In this document: positions 47,403 through 57,069 of the stretch, piece after piece
Numbering within the stretch: the first letter of the stretch is position 1
Layout of the letters: every line of letters starts with the position of its first letter
From: Desulfobacterales bacterium
Lineage (GTDB): Bacteria > Desulfobacterota > Desulfobacteria > Desulfobacterales > JALSRD01
NCBI GenBank assembly: GCA_026984935.1
Contig: JALSRD010000073.1
Span: 4,313 to 68,312, forward strand
Direction: 5' to 3'
DNA length: 64,000 nucleotides
The notes under the pieces: generated by a model
Seen by the model: only the letters and a program-made list of their open reading frames with translations
What the model was told of the DNA's origin: nothing
Databases searched by the model: none
Position numbers and translations under genes: made by a program

Positions 47403-49169
47403 ATGGGTTTGGAGAACTTTTATCGACGGGTCATGGATCTTAACATGATGGAGGACTCCCCTGACAAGGAACAGGCTGCCAGGGAACTGTTTGAAGACCT
47501 CAACCACACACAGCTGCCCGAGCACTTTAACTGGGCTGCCGATATTTTCGAAGGCCTGCATGTGCGGCAGCATCCGGACAAGCCCGGACTGGTCTGGGCG
47601 GACCTGGAAAGTGGCCGGGAGGCGCGTTTTTCCTTCGGCCAGATGGCCCGCCGCAGCAACCAGGCGTTGAACTACCTGCGCAAATACGGGGTGCAGAAAG
47701 GCGACAACGTCTACATGATGATCCCCATCGTCCCGGAAACCTGGTTCGCCAGCCTGGCCTGCGTTAAAGGCGGGCTGATCATCGTTCCCACGGCGACCAC
47801 CATGACGGCCCGGGAGCTGCAGTTCCGTTTCGAGGCCTATGCGCCGGATGTGATCCTCGCCGACGAAGCCTCGGCGGAAATCGTCGAAACCGCCCTCAAA
47901 AACAGCGGCAGCCAGCCCAAGGTCAACATCCTTCTGGGCCACAGGGAGGGTTGGAACGACTATGCCGCGTCGGAGAACGAGGCCGATACGGCGGAGCCTG
48001 CCCAAACCCGCGCGGACGATCTCTCGTTTTGTTTTTTCACTTCGGGCACCACCGGTCTCCCCAAACGGGTCGGGCATACCATGGTTTCTTACCCCGTGGG
48101 GCATCTGTCCACGGCGGTGATGATCGGGTTGCGGCCGGCTGATGTGCATCATAATCTCAGTGCGCCGGGCTGGGCCAAATGGGGCTGGAGCAGCTTTTTC
48201 GGTCCCCTGAACGTCGGGGCCACCGCCACAGGGTTCTATTTTACCACCCTGGATGCCGAAAAATACCTGAAGGCGGTCTGCAAATACGGGGTCACCACTT
48301 TCTGCGCGCCGCCCACCGCGTGGCGCATGTTCATCGGGCAGGATCTGGAAAAATTCGATTTTTCCGCCCTGCGGCAGTCCGTAAGCGCCGGAGAACCCCT
48401 GAACCCGGAGGTGATTCAACAGTGGCAAAAAGCCACGGGCACTGAGATCCGGGATTTCTATGGACAGACCGAGTCCACGGCCATGATCGGCAATCCGCCC
48501 TGGATGACCGGCAAGATGAAGGCCGGTTCCTTCGGGCGCCCGTCATTCATGTACGACATGGCCATTTTGGACGACGATGGCAACGCAGTGCGGCAGCCGG
48601 ACGAGCCGGGACACATCGTGGTGCGCCTGAACCGCTGGCGGGCCCTGGGTCTGTTCAAGGAATACATCGGCAGCCCGGAAAAGATGAAAGACGTTTTTGA
48701 CAACGACTGTTATTTTACCGGTGACCGGGCCTACATCGACGAGGATGGCTACTGGTGGTTTTACGGCCGTGCCGATGATGTGATCAAATCTTCGGATTAC
48801 CGGGTGGGGCCTTTCGAGGTGGAAAGCGCCTTAGTGGAGCATCCGGCGGTGACCGAAGCGGCGGTCGTGGGAGTGCCGGACCCCGAGCGCTATCAGCTGG
48901 TCAAGGCCTATGTCATTCTGGCGCCGGGCCACGAGGCGGGCCGGGAACTGGCGCTGGACCTGTTCAAACACACCATCGAGGTGCTGCCCAAGTTCAAGAT
49001 CCCGCGCATCATCGAGTTCGTACCCGAGGTGCCCAAAACCATCAGCGGCAAGATCCGGCGGGTTGAGCTCAGAGAGAACGAGACCAAGCGCAGCGAACAG
49101 GGCACCGGACGCAACCCCAACGAATTTTTCTACCGCGATTTTCCGGAGCTCAGTTCACGCAGGAAATGA
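47403..49169 (+). CDS. AMP-forming acyl-CoA synthetase (medium-chain / ACSM-like)
   Basis: GGGAGGGG RBS. AMP-binding motifs FFTSGTTGLPK, YGQTE, GDRAYIDEDGYWWFYGRADDVIK and the terminal PKTISGKIRR. Confidence 0.9.
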   Translation: MGLENFYRRVMDLNMMEDSPDKEQAARELFEDLNHTQLPEHFNWAADIFEGLHVRQHPDKPGLVWADLESGREARFSFGQMARRSNQALNYLRKYGVQKGDNVYMMIPIVPETWFASLACVKGGLIIVPTATTMTARELQFRFEAYAPDVILADEASAEIVETALKNSGSQPKVNILLGHREGWNDYAASENEADTAEPAQTRADDLSFCFFTSGTTGLPKRVGHTMVSYPVGHLSTAVMIGLRPADVHHNLSAPGWAKWGWSSFFGPLNVGATATGFYFTTLDAEKYLKAVCKYGVTTFCAPPTAWRMFIGQDLEKFDFSALRQSVSAGEPLNPEVIQQWQKATGTEIRDFYGQTESTAMIGNPPWMTGKMKAGSFGRPSFMYDMAILDDDGNAVRQPDEPGHIVVRLNRWRALGLFKEYIGSPEKMKDVFDNDCYFTGDRAYIDEDGYWWFYGRADDVIKSSDYRVGPFEVESALVEHPAVTEAAVVGVPDPERYQLVKAYVILAPGHEAGRELALDLFKHTIEVLPKFKIPRIIEFVPEVPKTISGKIRRVELRENETKRSEQGTGRNPNEFFYRDFPELSSRRK

Positions 49170-49217
49170 GCATGTGCGGCACGCGCCGCCGGCGATAGCT
49201 TCAAAATACGAGACGTA

Positions 49218-49257
49218 GGGGGTGGTAACGACAAAAGGTTGCCACCCCTTGCCATTT
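49218..49257 (+). terminator. Probable intrinsic terminator after the acyl-CoA synthetase gene
   Basis: An 11-bp stem (ggggtggtaac at 49219-49229 pairs with gttgccacccc at 49238-49248, including one G-U), an 8-nt loop, then a partially T-rich tail (ttgccattt). Confidence 0.45.
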
Positions 49258-49281
49258 GGTACGGCAGCGGCAGGTCCGCGC

Positions 49282-49309
49282 TTGACAGCCACATACCCGG
49301 TCATACATT
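49282..49309 (+). promoter_or_regulatory. Candidate sigma-70-type promoter of the selenoprotein gene
   Basis: TTGACA (49282-49287), a 16-nt spacer, then TACATT (49304-49309). RBS GAAGGGAG lies before ATG 49341. Confidence 0.45.
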
Positions 49310-49340
49310 GTGCCATATACCTTAACGAAGGGAGAACATC

Positions 49341-49994
49341 ATGGCATTGCAGGCAAAAATGGATGCGTTCAAAAAAGAAATGGAGGCTCAGGCACCAGCA
49401 GAGGCGCTGGCAATCATGCATCGGGCCACACGTGAACTGGCGGATTCGGGGATTTTGGATAAAGCCGTCAAGGTAGGCGAGCGGGCGCCGGCCTTTGCCC
49501 TCGAAAACACATCCGGCGAACCTGTCAGCCTGGAAAGCCTGGTCGCCCGCGGGCCCGTGGTGCTGTCGTTTTATCGCGGCAAATGGTGACCCTACTGCAA
49601 CCTGGAGCTGGATGCTCTTGGAGAAACAGCCGACCGCTTTACGGCACTGGGAGCCTCCCTGGTGGCGATTTCCCCCCAGGCCGTGGCCTTTAACCGTGCC
49701 CTGCAGGAAGAAAAAAAACTGGCCTTCGAACTGCTGAGCGATCCGGGCAACCAAACGGCGGCACGCTACGGCATCAAATACCAGGTGCCCGAAGATCTGC
49801 GCAAGGTCTACCTGCAGTTCGGCATCGACGTGCCGGCACACAATGGGGATGATTCCTGGACGCTGCCGTTGTCCGCGCGCCTGATCGTCGATCCCCAGGG
49901 CATTCTCCGCTACGCTGAAATCAGCACGGATTATACGGTTCGGCCGGATCCGGAGCACACCCTGGAAAAATTGAAAACGCTGCGGGACGGATAG
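49341..49994 (+). CDS. Peroxiredoxin-like (AhpC/TSA, PRX_like2-type) thiol:disulfide oxidoreductase with an in-frame UGA (selenocysteine) at 49587-49589
   Basis: Track ORFs 49341-49589 and 49662-49994 are in the same frame. Reading through the TGA gives VVLSFYRGKW-U-PYCNLEL, which is the W-C-P-x-C redox motif with U in place of the first Cys. There are no other stops up to 49994, and a hairpin lies 11 nt downstream of the TGA. Confidence 0.8.
49601..49621 (+). promoter_or_regulatory. Candidate bacterial SECIS hairpin
   Basis: CCUGGAGC-UGGAU-GCUCUUGG forms an 8-position stem (6 Watson-Crick pairs, one G-U, one U-U mismatch) with a 5-nt G/U-containing apical loop. It starts 11 nt after the UGA. 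Confidence 0.5.
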
Positions 49995-50378
49995 ATTCCT
50001 GACCATACGGCCGGAGAGCCTCCTGGCTGGCCGGCCGCGAAATCCCGTAGACTCGCCGAACAAGGCGGGTGACCGGTGGGACCGTTCATATCCGGTAGCG
50101 GTTTGCGGGCGTGCCCGCCGAAACCGGCCGTGTCCGTTCGCTGCCGGGCGATTTTTTCCACCCAATTTCCCGCACAGGCCTGCCCCGGCCGGTTTCCACC
50201 GTCCGTACGGCCCAAATATGTTCCGGTCAACCCCGGCGGACCCGCCCAATGGGCGATGGGCATTTTTATCGCCCGGCGGTCGGCGTGCCGTGAACCGTTG
50301 GGATTGATTCAGCGGGCCGAAAATGTCATATTGGCTCCCTGCTACAGAAGTTTCAGCGCAGGGGCTACCGCCATCAAT

Positions 50379-51284
50379 ATGCAAAAGACGCGAAAAGACG
50401 TTCAGAGCACAACCCGCTTACGGATTCAGGGAGTCCTCTTTACGATGACGGCGGCCTTTTTATTTGCTTTGCTGCCCATCTGGGTCCGGTCAGTGGATGC
50501 ATACTCTCCTTTGAACATCGCGTTTTACCGGGCCCTGTTTTGCAGTATTGTGCTGGTCCTCATCATGCAGACGTCTGGGTACAAAAAACGCACCTTGGCC
50601 GTCGGAAAAGCGACAGGCAGGGAATGGCTTCTGCTGGCGGGCCTGGGGCTTGCCATGTGCGGCAGCTCGGTTTTTTATTTTTTCGGCATTTTGCATACGT
50701 CCGTGGCCAAGGCCGTACTGCTGAACTATACGGCCCCCATTTATGTGGCCATCTTCGCACCAGTCGTTCTCAAGGAGAAAAATTCCAGCCGGGCATGGCT
50801 GGCCGTCATCATCGGCCTGGCCGGAATTGCCTTGATCGCCGATCCCCGTAAGCTCATTCAGACACGTTCGGAAGAGTTTGCCGGTATCGTCAGCAGTCTG
50901 GCATCAGGGTTCAGTTTCTCCGGTGTATTTCTGATCGGCCGCAAACTCAGCGGGCGGTTGACGGCCATTGCCGAGACCATGTGGGGCGGGCTGTTCATGG
51001 CCCTGGTTCTGATACCCTGGGCCTTTGTCGCCCCGGACGCGCGCTTTCTGAAGAATTTGCCCTTTCTGGTGCTCATCGGGACCATTTCCATGGCCATTCC
51101 CTTTACGCTGCTCTACAAGGGGCAGCATTATATTTCGGCACAGGTCAGCTCTACGGCATCCCTGTTTGAACCCGTCTGCGGTGTGGCCATCGGATATCTT
51201 GTTTATCATGAACATCTGACGACAGCGGGTATTGTGGGCGGTGTTGCCGTGCTGGTAAGCATCGTCCTGGCTTCGCGCGCCTGA
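50379..51284 (+). CDS. EamA/DMT-family transporter
   Basis: 301 aa from ATG 50379. Ten hydrophobic segments in two EamA-like halves. Confidence 0.85.
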   Translation: MQKTRKDVQSTTRLRIQGVLFTMTAAFLFALLPIWVRSVDAYSPLNIAFYRALFCSIVLVLIMQTSGYKKRTLAVGKATGREWLLLAGLGLAMCGSSVFYFFGILHTSVAKAVLLNYTAPIYVAIFAPVVLKEKNSSRAWLAVIIGLAGIALIADPRKLIQTRSEEFAGIVSSLASGFSFSGVFLIGRKLSGRLTAIAETMWGGLFMALVLIPWAFVAPDARFLKNLPFLVLIGTISMAIPFTLLYKGQHYISAQVSSTASLFEPVCGVAIGYLVYHEHLTTAGIVGGVAVLVSIVLASRA

Positions 51285-51449
51285 ATCTGTGTGAGGTCTG
51301 GGGGAGAAGTTTAGGCGGGCCAAATATCTTGACGACGCAGAAGCAGGGTGCGAACATCCCGATGGGCATTTGGGTCCGTGCGGGCGATATAGGGCCGGTG
51401 ATCGGCTGGGTTTTCCCGGTGTTACGACATCTGAAGAAGGAGGCGTGCA

Positions 51450-51776
51450 ATGATGTTCCGCAAAAAGGGAGCGGCAGACAGACGGCAGATTGTAGAAGGG
51501 GTTTTTCTGCAAACCCTGGTGCATGGCGATAAAACCCTGATGGGGCGGTTTGACCTGGCGCAAGGGGCCGCGATTCCATCACACACCCACCTCCATGAAC
51601 AGACCGGCATTCTGCTGTCCGGCAAGCTGCGGCTCAAGTGCCAGGGCCGGGCGTGGGAAGCGCACAGCGGTGACAGCTGGTGCATACCCGGAGGCGTCGA
51701 GCATGCCGTGGACGTTCTGGAAGACGCGGTGGCCATCGAAGTTTTTTCTCCGGTGCGGGATGATTTCCTGGAATGA
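51450..51776 (+). CDS. Cupin-domain protein
   Basis: AAGGAGG RBS. Cupin motifs (PSHTHLHEQTGILLSG ... GDSWCIPGGVEHAV). Confidence 0.85.
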   Translation: MMFRKKGAADRRQIVEGVFLQTLVHGDKTLMGRFDLAQGAAIPSHTHLHEQTGILLSGKLRLKCQGRAWEAHSGDSWCIPGGVEHAVDVLEDAVAIEVFSPVRDDFLE

Positions 51777-51949
51777 AAAGCGTGCCGGCACGCACGGGGC
51801 CAAAGGCCCAAAATTAAGTATGATAGACATTGGCGGATATGCATCCGCCCGGGTTTTCCCTGTCGCCGATAGGCTGCAGTGCGGTTAGATTGCCCCTGTA
51901 ATGCAGGTATTTGGCATACATGCCTGTCCATAAGAACAAGGTACGCACC

Positions 51950-54355
51950 ATGTCTTCAAAGCCGACTTATGCACAATTGGAAAAGAGGATTGAGGAATTA
52001 GAGCGTGCGAAGTCCGAACGAAAAAGCGCCCTGAAGGCGCTGGCAGAGAGCGAGGAACGTTTTCGGCAGGCATTTCATACGAGCCCTGACGCGATTAACC
52101 TCAGCCGGGCTTCCGACGGAATGTACATCGACATCAACGCGGGATTCACCCAGATTATGGGATACACGCGCGAGGAAACCATCGGGAAAACGGCCATCGC
52201 CCTGAATATTTGGAAAAACGCTGATGACCGAGGGCGTTTGGTCCAGGGGCTGTCCAAAACGGGTATCGTGGAAAATCTGGAAGCCCAGTTTGTGGACAAA
52301 AAGGGGAAAATCCATGTGGGTTTGATATCCGCCCGGCTTTTGCGGATCAACAATGAGGATGTTATCCTGACGATCACCCGGGATATTACCGACCGCAAAC
52401 GCTCCGAAGCCGCGCTGCGGAAAAGTGAGGAAAAATACCGCAATATCTTTGAAAATTCGGTTGTCGGTTTTTTCCAAAGTACGCCGGAGGGACGTTTCCT
52501 GGAGGTCAACCCGGCGTTTGCACGCATGCTCGGCTATGCATCCCCCGATGCTCTGATCGCCGGCATTTCAGATATTGCGGAGCAGTACTATGTAAATCCC
52601 GAAGACCGGCGCCAATACCAGCGGCGGCTTTTCAAGTCCGGGAACGTGGAGAACATGGAGTTTAAAATCCGGCGTAAGGACGGATCCCAGATGTGGGTCT
52701 CCAACAGTACACGGGCGTGTTTCGATCCTAACGGACAGGTCACCCATTACGAGGGCATCGTGATCGACATCAACGACCGCAAGCTGGCCGAAGCCGCCCT
52801 CAAGGAAAGTGAAGAGAAGCTGCGCCGCATTACGGCTTCTGCCCAGGACGCCATCATCATGATGGATGATCACGGCAATGTCTCGTTTTTCAATGAGGCG
52901 GCGGAGCGTATTTTTGGGTACTTGCACCAGGAGATACTGGGAAAGGCGCTGCACTCCGTTTTGGTGGGGCCGGATTTCGCTGCGCGCTTCCACAGTGCCC
53001 ATGCGAAGTTTAAAAAAACCGGCGCAGGCGCATTTATCGATAACATCGTCGAACTGACGGCGGTTAGAAAAGACGGCACCGTGTTTCCCATTGAACTTTC
53101 CCTGTCGGCTGTGGAAATCCAGGGCAAATGGCACGCCATCGGTATGATCCGGGACATTACCGAACGCAAGCGCATTGAAGCCGCCCAGCAGGAAATGCAG
53201 AAAAAGCTGCGGCAAGCCCAGAAAATGGAGTCCATCGGTACCCTGGCCGGTGGTATCGCACATGACTTCAACAACATTCTGTCCGCAATCATCGGATATA
53301 CGGAGCTGGCCAAAGACGACGCCGAAAGCGGATCGCGGATGGAAAATCATTTGGAGGAAGTCCTGGCGGCCGGAGGGCGCGCCAAACAGCTGGTCCGGCA
53401 GATCCTCACTTTTGCGCGCCAGACAGATGAAGACGCCAAACCCATCCAGGTCAGCCCCATCGCCAGGGAAGTGATCAAATTCCTGCGCTCTTCCATTCCC
53501 GCGACCATTGAAATCCGGTCACGGATTCAAAGCGATGCCCTGGTTTTGGCCAGTGCCACACAGGTCCACCAGGTGCTCATGAATCTTTGCACCAATGCCG
53601 CCCATGCCATGGAGAAGGAGGGCGGCGTATTGTCTGTCGACATCCGTGATTTCGTCGTCCGGGACACGGCCGAAATACCGGGCATTGATTTGAATCCGGG
53701 CACTTATATGCAAATCAGGGTATCGGACACGGGCACGGGCATTCCACCTGAAATCATCGACGCGATTTTCGAGCCCTATTTCACCACCAAGGAAGTCGGC
53801 AAGGGCACGGGCATGGGGCTGGCCCTGGTGCACGGGATCGTTGAAAGCCGCGGCGGCAAGATCGCAGTAGACAGCAAACCGGGCGGGGGCGCCCGCTTTT
53901 CCATCTATCTTCCGATTATCGAAAAACAGTCGCCCGGGAGGGTTGTGGGTGCGGGAATGCTGCCCGGCGGGACCGAGCACATTTTGCTCATCGATGATGA
54001 AGCACCGATCGTCAAAATCGGCGCCCGGATTCTCGAAAAACTGGGGTATAACGTAACCACGCGCACCAGCAGCCTGGAAGCGCTGGCCCTTTTCGAGAAA
54101 AAAGCCCGCGATTTCGATCTTGTGATTACGGACATGACGATGCCCAACATGACCGGTGACAAGCTGGCGCAGGAGTTGATGCGCATCCGGCCCGAAATCC
54201 CGGTGATCCTGTGCACGGGGTACAGCAACCGGATTTCAGAACAGTCGGCGGCCGGCATCGGCATCAAGGCCTTTGCATACAAACCCATGGTCAGGGCGGA
54301 TCTGGCGAAGACGGTCCGGAGAGTGCTGGATACAGCCCGTGGCGTGTCGGTGTAG
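51950..54355 (+). CDS. Multi-PAS hybrid sensor histidine kinase / response regulator
   Basis: N-terminal coiled coil and three PAS-like units (each ending in ...RDITDRK / IDINDRK / RDITERK). H-box [18 protein letters not shown]-box [13 protein letters not shown]-boxes DTGTGI and GTGMGLAL, receiver (ILLIDDE ... DLVITDMTMPNMTG). The start is uncertain (51950, 51920 or 51911). Confidence 0.9.
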   Translation: MSSKPTYAQLEKRIEELERAKSERKSALKALAESEERFRQAFHTSPDAINLSRASDGMYIDINAGFTQIMGYTREETIGKTAIALNIWKNADDRGRLVQGLSKTGIVENLEAQFVDKKGKIHVGLISARLLRINNEDVILTITRDITDRKRSEAALRKSEEKYRNIFENSVVGFFQSTPEGRFLEVNPAFARMLGYASPDALIAGISDIAEQYYVNPEDRRQYQRRLFKSGNVENMEFKIRRKDGSQMWVSNSTRACFDPNGQVTHYEGIVIDINDRKLAEAALKESEEKLRRITASAQDAIIMMDDHGNVSFFNEAAERIFGYLHQEILGKALHSVLVGPDFAARFHSAHAKFKKTGAGAFIDNIVELTAVRKDGTVFPIELSLSAVEIQGKWHAIGMIRDITERKRIEAAQQEMQKKLRQAQKMESIGTLAGGIAHDFNNILSAIIGYTELAKDDAESGSRMENHLEEVLAAGGRAKQLVRQILTFARQTDEDAKPIQVSPIAREVIKFLRSSIPATIEIRSRIQSDALVLASATQVHQVLMNLCTNAAHAMEKEGGVLSVDIRDFVVRDTAEIPGIDLNPGTYMQIRVSDTGTGIPPEIIDAIFEPYFTTKEVGKGTGMGLALVHGIVESRGGKIAVDSKPGGGARFSIYLPIIEKQSPGRVVGAGMLPGGTEHILLIDDEAPIVKIGARILEKLGYNVTTRTSSLEALALFEKKARDFDLVITDMTMPNMTGDKLAQELMRIRPEIPVILCTGYSNRISEQSAAGIGIKAFAYKPMVRADLAKTVRRVLDTARGVSV

Positions 54356-54365
54356 GGGCAGCGAC

Positions 54366-55070
54366 ATGACGGTGAGCGGCTTATCCGGCACGGCTTCCCA
54401 AACCGCCCTTTCCGTCGGCGAAATTTATTTCCTGTGGTGGTTCATCCAGGGCGCCATCATGTCTTCCGCCACGCGCGTGCGCCTGCACAGGGCCTGGGGC
54501 ATGTGCGGGCGCCACGCCTGGGGCTTCATCCAAGTGGAAGCGGCCTTCCGTGGGGGCTACCTGCACGGCCCGGCGATTCTGTATGACGATCTCATGCGGC
54601 GGGCGCGTGCGGCGTTTGCACGCCGCGGGCCCGGAAGGCCCCTGCGGACGGTGCATGCTCTGAAGCGAAAAGGACCCTGTATTTTATGCGAGATGCGGTA
54701 CAAGGCCGACAGCCGCGCGCCTGCCCGGCCGGAGCTGATCCGCCAGGGGGCCGAAGCGGAAAATTTCCGCAGTTTCGTGCAGGCCACCGCCCCCGGCTGG
54801 CGGCCGGCCGTCTGCGGCATCTGTGCGGCAAACAACGCCGCTTCGCGCTGCCGGCGGCATTTGCTTGACGACATGCGGCAAAAACGTGTGGCCGATCTGG
54901 AACTGCACGCCGAACGGGTAGCCCAGATTGCGCGGCGCATGCGGCGCTACGCCCTGTCATTTCGCTACGAAAACCGCGCTGCGGCTACGGATGCCGACCG
55001 GGCCGCCCTGATTTGCGCGGTGGGCTGGTGCAGCGGCTGGCGGCCGCTGCTGTCGCTCATGGCGTCTTGA
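54366..55070 (+). CDS. Cys/His-rich hypothetical protein (234 aa), paralogous to modules of the 60189-61661 protein
   Basis: ...YFLWWFIQGAI...RLHRAWGMCGRHAWGF; CILC ... CGIC-x8-CRRH; C-terminal ...YALSFRYENR...GWCSGW. The ATG lies 10 nt after the kinase stop. Good GC3 bias. Confidence 0.6.
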   Translation: MTVSGLSGTASQTALSVGEIYFLWWFIQGAIMSSATRVRLHRAWGMCGRHAWGFIQVEAAFRGGYLHGPAILYDDLMRRARAAFARRGPGRPLRTVHALKRKGPCILCEMRYKADSRAPARPELIRQGAEAENFRSFVQATAPGWRPAVCGICAANNAASRCRRHLLDDMRQKRVADLELHAERVAQIARRMRRYALSFRYENRAAATDADRAALICAVGWCSGWRPLLSLMAS

Positions 55071-55497
55071 GAACCTTTGAAAGGCAGGTACGGATTTCGC
55101 CCAGCATGTCCTGCAAAACATCCGCGGCAGCTTCCAGGGCACAGCGGTCATTCGCCGACAGGCGGCCGTACGCCCGCATCCGGTCGGGCCGCAGCTCTTC
55201 GGCCAGCATGGCCATGGAACTTACGGCGCTGCGGATCGTCGGTGCGGCGCGGGATGGAGGAGATGGTACGTCGAGGCCCTGGCGCCTGACATAAGCGTGA
55301 AAACGACGACGGCTTTTTTTAACGCGCTGCCCGATTTCCTGCTGCTGTGAAAGGGTCAGACCCGCCGGAGACGGACTGAAAATCGAGCCGCCAGCAGGAT
55401 CCAGGCAGCGCTCCAGTTCAATCAGCAGGTCATCGATGCGGTGCAGGCGGCTCAGCAGCGCCCGTCGGTGATTTTGGTCCAGGTCTGTCAGGCGCAT
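55057..55497 (-). CDS. Hypothetical helical protein (146 aa)
   Basis: ORF with coding bias. ATG 55497 is preferred because ATG 55545 would overlap the divergent gene. No family recognised. Confidence 0.5.
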   Translation of the reverse strand: MRLTDLDQNHRRALLSRLHRIDDLLIELERCLDPAGGSIFSPSPAGLTLSQQQEIGQRVKKSRRRFHAYVRRQGLDVPSPPSRAAPTIRSAVSSMAMLAEELRPDRMRAYGRLSANDRCALEAAADVLQDMLGEIRTCLSKVLKTP

Positions 55498-55533
55498 GGA
55501 TTTTCTCTGTAAGTTTTTGGCCGGGGGGACGAC

Positions 55534-57069
55534 ATGGGTTTTCATAGCATATTGTTCGAAAAAACGACAGACGGTACCAAACGGGAAACGGCCTCAGTCC
55601 CCGAATTTTTTGCGGACCTGAACCTCGACCAGATTGTCGATCGTATCACGGCCGGCCGGCAGGTGTACCGTCTGAAACCCTTTTTCTACACCCCCCTGAG
55701 AGATATCCAAACGATTGCCTACCGCCAGGAGACCATGCGCGACCTGCAGGATGAGACCCTGCTGGCCCACATCAAGGCTTTTTCGGAGAAAATGGTCAAC
55801 ATGCGCCGATATCTTGCCATGATCGAGCGGCTTTACTACAAACTCCATCAGCAAGGCTGGTTCCTGGAGGCTGTGGAAATCTACTGTGACGCTGTGCGTT
55901 CACTGTCGCATGACCTGTCCCGGTCCGGCATACGATCGCGTGGCCTTATGGCTTTTCGCGCCTATGTGGCGGAGTATGTCCAATCAGACGCTTTTACGGC
56001 GCTTGCGGCGGACACCCAAAAGGTGAAAAACGATTTGTCCACGGTAAAATACTGCGTGCGCATCAAGGGCGATCACGTCAACGTGCGCCGGTATGCAGGT
56101 GAAATAAACTACAGCGTGGAAGTGGAGGCGACCTTTAGAAAATTCAAACAGGGAGCGGTAAAGGACTACAAAATTGAACTCCCCGTTCAGTCGGGTATGA
56201 ACCACGTGGAGGCACAGATACTGGATCTGGTGGCTAAACTGTACCCGGAAGTCTTTTCGCATCTTGATCACTTTTGCGCGCAGCATCGCGGTTTTCCGGA
56301 TGAAACCATCCGTGTTTTTGATCGCGAAATCCAGTTTTATGTCGCCTACCTGGAACATATCGCGAAATTCAAATGCGCGGGGCTGCCCTTCTGCTATCCC
56401 CGGGTGACCCGCCGGGGCAAGGAAGTCTATGACGACCAGGGTTTCGATTTGGCACTGGCAGACAAGCTTCTGGCTGACAAGTCGCCCATCGTATGCAACG
56501 ATTTTTACCTGAAGGGCAAAGAGCGCATATTTGTCGTTTCCGGGCCCAACCAGGGCGGCAAAACAACCTTTGCCCGGACTTTTGGCCAGTTGCACTATCT
56601 GGCCAGCCTGGGCTGTCCCGTGCCCGGCCGACGGGCGCAGCTCTTCCTGTGCGACGGAATTTTCACGCATTTTGAAAAAGTGGAGGACATCACGAATCTG
56701 CGCGGCAAGCTGCAGGATGATCTGGTCCGGATTCACGCCATCATCGAGCAGGCCACACCGGACAGCATCATCCTGATCAATGAAATATTTTCGTCCACGG
56801 CGCTGCAGGACGCGCGCGTGCTCAGCAGGAAAATCCTGGAGCGCATCATACAGCTGGATCTGTTGTGCGTTTATGTCACCTTTATTGATGAACTGGCGTC
56901 TTTGGGCGCACAAACCGTCAGTATGGTGAGTACGGTCGTGCCCGGAAACCCCGCCCTGCGGACCTATAAAATTGAGCGAAAGCCCGCTGACGGCCTGGCC
57001 TTTGCGATATCCATCGCCGAGAAATACCGTCTCACATACGACGGTCTCAAGGAGCGCATCCCGTCATGA
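55534..57069 (+). CDS. MutS-related ABC-type ATPase (domain III/V-like, no mismatch-binding or endonuclease domain), partner A
   Basis: Walker A VVSGPNQGGKTTFARTFG and Walker B-like IILINEIFSSTALQDA (N-E instead of D-E). MutS-V-like C-terminus (YVTFIDELA). N-terminal 330 aa are helical. Confidence 0.85.
   Translation: MGFHSILFEKTTDGTKRETASVPEFFADLNLDQIVDRITAGRQVYRLKPFFYTPLRDIQTIAYRQETMRDLQDETLLAHIKAFSEKMVNMRRYLAMIERLYYKLHQQGWFLEAVEIYCDAVRSLSHDLSRSGIRSRGLMAFRAYVAEYVQSDAFTALAADTQKVKNDLSTVKYCVRIKGDHVNVRRYAGEINYSVEVEATFRKFKQGAVKDYKIELPVQSGMNHVEAQILDLVAKLYPEVFSHLDHFCAQHRGFPDETIRVFDREIQFYVAYLEHIAKFKCAGLPFCYPRVTRRGKEVYDDQGFDLALADKLLADKSPIVCNDFYLKGKERIFVVSGPNQGGKTTFARTFGQLHYLASLGCPVPGRRAQLFLCDGIFTHFEKVEDITNLRGKLQDDLVRIHAIIEQATPDSIILINEIFSSTALQDARVLSRKILERIIQLDLLCVYVTFIDELASLGAQTVSMVSTVVPGNPALRTYKIERKPADGLAFAISIAEKYRLTYDGLKERIPS

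Noticed and set aside
49257-49272. Sigma-54-like sequence TGGTAC-N5-CGGCA upstream of the selenoprotein gene.
   Set aside because: The spacing is right, but the -12 TT is missing and the -24 element is imperfect. A good sigma-70 promoter lies just downstream, so this is too weak to call.
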